Shown piece by piece: positions 62,832 through 64,000 of a DNA stretch of 64,000 bases (within the stretch, counting starts at the first letter, position 1; every line of letters starts with the position of its first letter). The stretch covers positions 64,001 through 128,000 of the forward strand of contig JBPRGF010000003.1 of assembly GCA_051418015.1 (NCBI GenBank), given 5' to 3'. Position numbers and translations under genes: made by a program. A model generated the notes under the pieces. That model was not told the DNA's origin and made no database searches. It worked only from the letters and a program-made list of their open reading frames with translations. The stretch is from Candidatus Nitrospinota bacterium M3_3B_026 (GTDB taxonomy: Bacteria > Nitrospinota_A > UBA7883 > JBPRGF01).

Positions 62832-63866
62832 TCAGCCTTCGCCTATCAGCTCGCCTTTCATGTTGACCAGCGCCACGCGGACGCCGAGCCTCCCTCCCGT
62901 CCTCGCCTCTACGGCCCGCCGTACCCTCTCCGCCACGGCATCCCCCAGGATCCGCCGCGCTCCGGGCTTAAGCGCCTCGAAGATCCCCTCCGTGGTCTCC
63001 GACGGCGCGGGGTCGATCCCCGCCTCCTCCCTGGCCACGCGGGCGACGAAGGGGACGGCGCTCGGCGAGTTTTTTGAATGGGTGTCCCATTGGCCCTCGG
63101 CCAGCTTGGCCAGCTTGCCCGGATGCCCCACGATCACGATCTCCTCGACGCCGTTATCGACCGCCCTGTCGATGATGAAGCCCCACTCGTTGCCCGCCTC
63201 CACGACATCCTCCGGGCCGCGCCCGAGCAGGGCCACGGCCGCCTTCGCGCCGATGTTCCCCGGCGCCAGGACGATCCGCCGCCGCCCCGCGGCGAGCGCC
63301 ACCTTCAGCATGAGCAGGACGGATTCGCGGATGGCGCTGTGGGAGTATGGGCGGACTATCCCCGTCGTGCCGAGGACCGACAGCCCCCCGACGACGCCGA
63401 GACGGGGGTTGAAGGTTTTCCGCGCCACCTCCTCGCCGCCGGGGATGGACAGGCGGACGCGGACGGGCCTGTCCGTCATCTCCCTCGCGGCGGCGGTTAT
63501 CATCCTCCTTGGGCCGGGGTTTATCGCAGGCTCCCCTGCGGGGACGGAAAGGCCGTCTTTCGTGACTGTCCCGACGCCCTCGCCCGCCTCGAAAACAATC
63601 TCTTTCTCATCGGCCCAGAAAACCTCCGCCCATACTTGCATCCCGTTGGTGACGTCCGGGTCGTCGCCTGAGTCCTTCACCACGCAGGCGCGCCCCCGTC
63701 CGCCGCTGGCGAAGACTTCCGCCACCGGCAGCGCCTCCCGCGCCCCCGTCCCGAGGGGGATGTCCACGGCGTCCGGCCGCCGGCCGCCGGTCATGGCCGC
63801 AAGGGCCGCCTTCACCGCCGCCGCGGCGCACGCGCCGGTGGTGTAGCCCGTCCTCAAGGCTGCCAT
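62832..63866 (-). CDS. cbiD: Cobalt-precorrin-5B C1-methyltransferase
   Basis: GYTTG.CA, KDSGDDPDVT, AINPGPR, SVLGTTGIV. Confidence 0.96.
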   Translation of the reverse strand: MAALRTGYTTGACAAAAVKAALAAMTGGRRPDAVDIPLGTGAREALPVAEVFASGGRGRACVVKDSGDDPDVTNGMQVWAEVFWADEKEIVFEAGEGVGTVTKDGLSVPAGEPAINPGPRRMITAAAREMTDRPVRVRLSIPGGEEVARKTFNPRLGVVGGLSVLGTTGIVRPYSHSAIRESVLLMLKVALAAGRRRIVLAPGNIGAKAAVALLGRGPEDVVEAGNEWGFIIDRAVDNGVEEIVIVGHPGKLAKLAEGQWDTHSKNSPSAVPFVARVAREEAGIDPAPSETTEGIFEALKPGARRILGDAVAERVRRAVEARTGGRLGVRVALVNMKGELIGEG

Positions 63867-63889
63867 GGGGTCATCTTCCTATTTACGCT

Positions 63890-64000
63890 TCAATTCCCGC
63901 CGAAGACCTCATCGGCCATCCTCGACTTCCATAAAAACCCGAGGAACAGGCCGAGCAGGCAGGACAGGAGAAAACCCTGGACCGCCTGGCCGGAGACGGC
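63890..64000 (-). CDS. 3' end of a membrane protein (possibly cobalt transporter CbtA), partial
   Basis: ...AVSGQAVQGFLLSCLLGLFLGFLWKSRMADEVFGGN*; hydrophobic, upstream of cbiD. Confidence 0.4.
   Translation of the reverse strand, partial: AVSGQAVQGFLLSCLLGLFLGFLWKSRMADEVFGGN

Overview
High-GC bacterial chromosomal window covering the replication-origin region. Gene content and order suggest a deltaproteobacteria/Nitrospinota-like organism (inference only). It contains a split ATP synthase operon (b', b, delta, alpha, gamma, beta, epsilon), tRNA-His, mnmG-rsmG-[two perfect parS sites]-parA-parB, trpE, thiE, thiD and fliK-flgD-flgE. It also contains a 10-gene sulfur-relay/PLP cluster (ThrC-like, MoaD-like carrier, MoeB, DsrE/F/H-like, cysteine synthase, TusA, tandem-NIL protein, Rrf2), then dnaA-oriC-gyrB with no dnaN/recF, amidase-GerMN-murI-rph, a heme-c diguanylate cyclase and the 3' part of an anaerobic-type cobalamin (cbi/cob) operon. 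Intergenic regions carry many palindromic REP-like repeats from at least two families. Most notable: (1) the sulfur-carrier cluster, whose carrier has a masked C-terminal Gly-Gly, with an IscR-type operator and a structured leader ending in a terminator; (2) an AT-rich two-gene cassette tightly bounded by 23-bp inverted repeats with no transposase; (3) a cbiG/cbiH junction where cbiH has no canonical start (ATT start or -1 frameshift); (4) a duplicated ~100-bp parS module. Annotations come from motif recognition only; no database searches were run.
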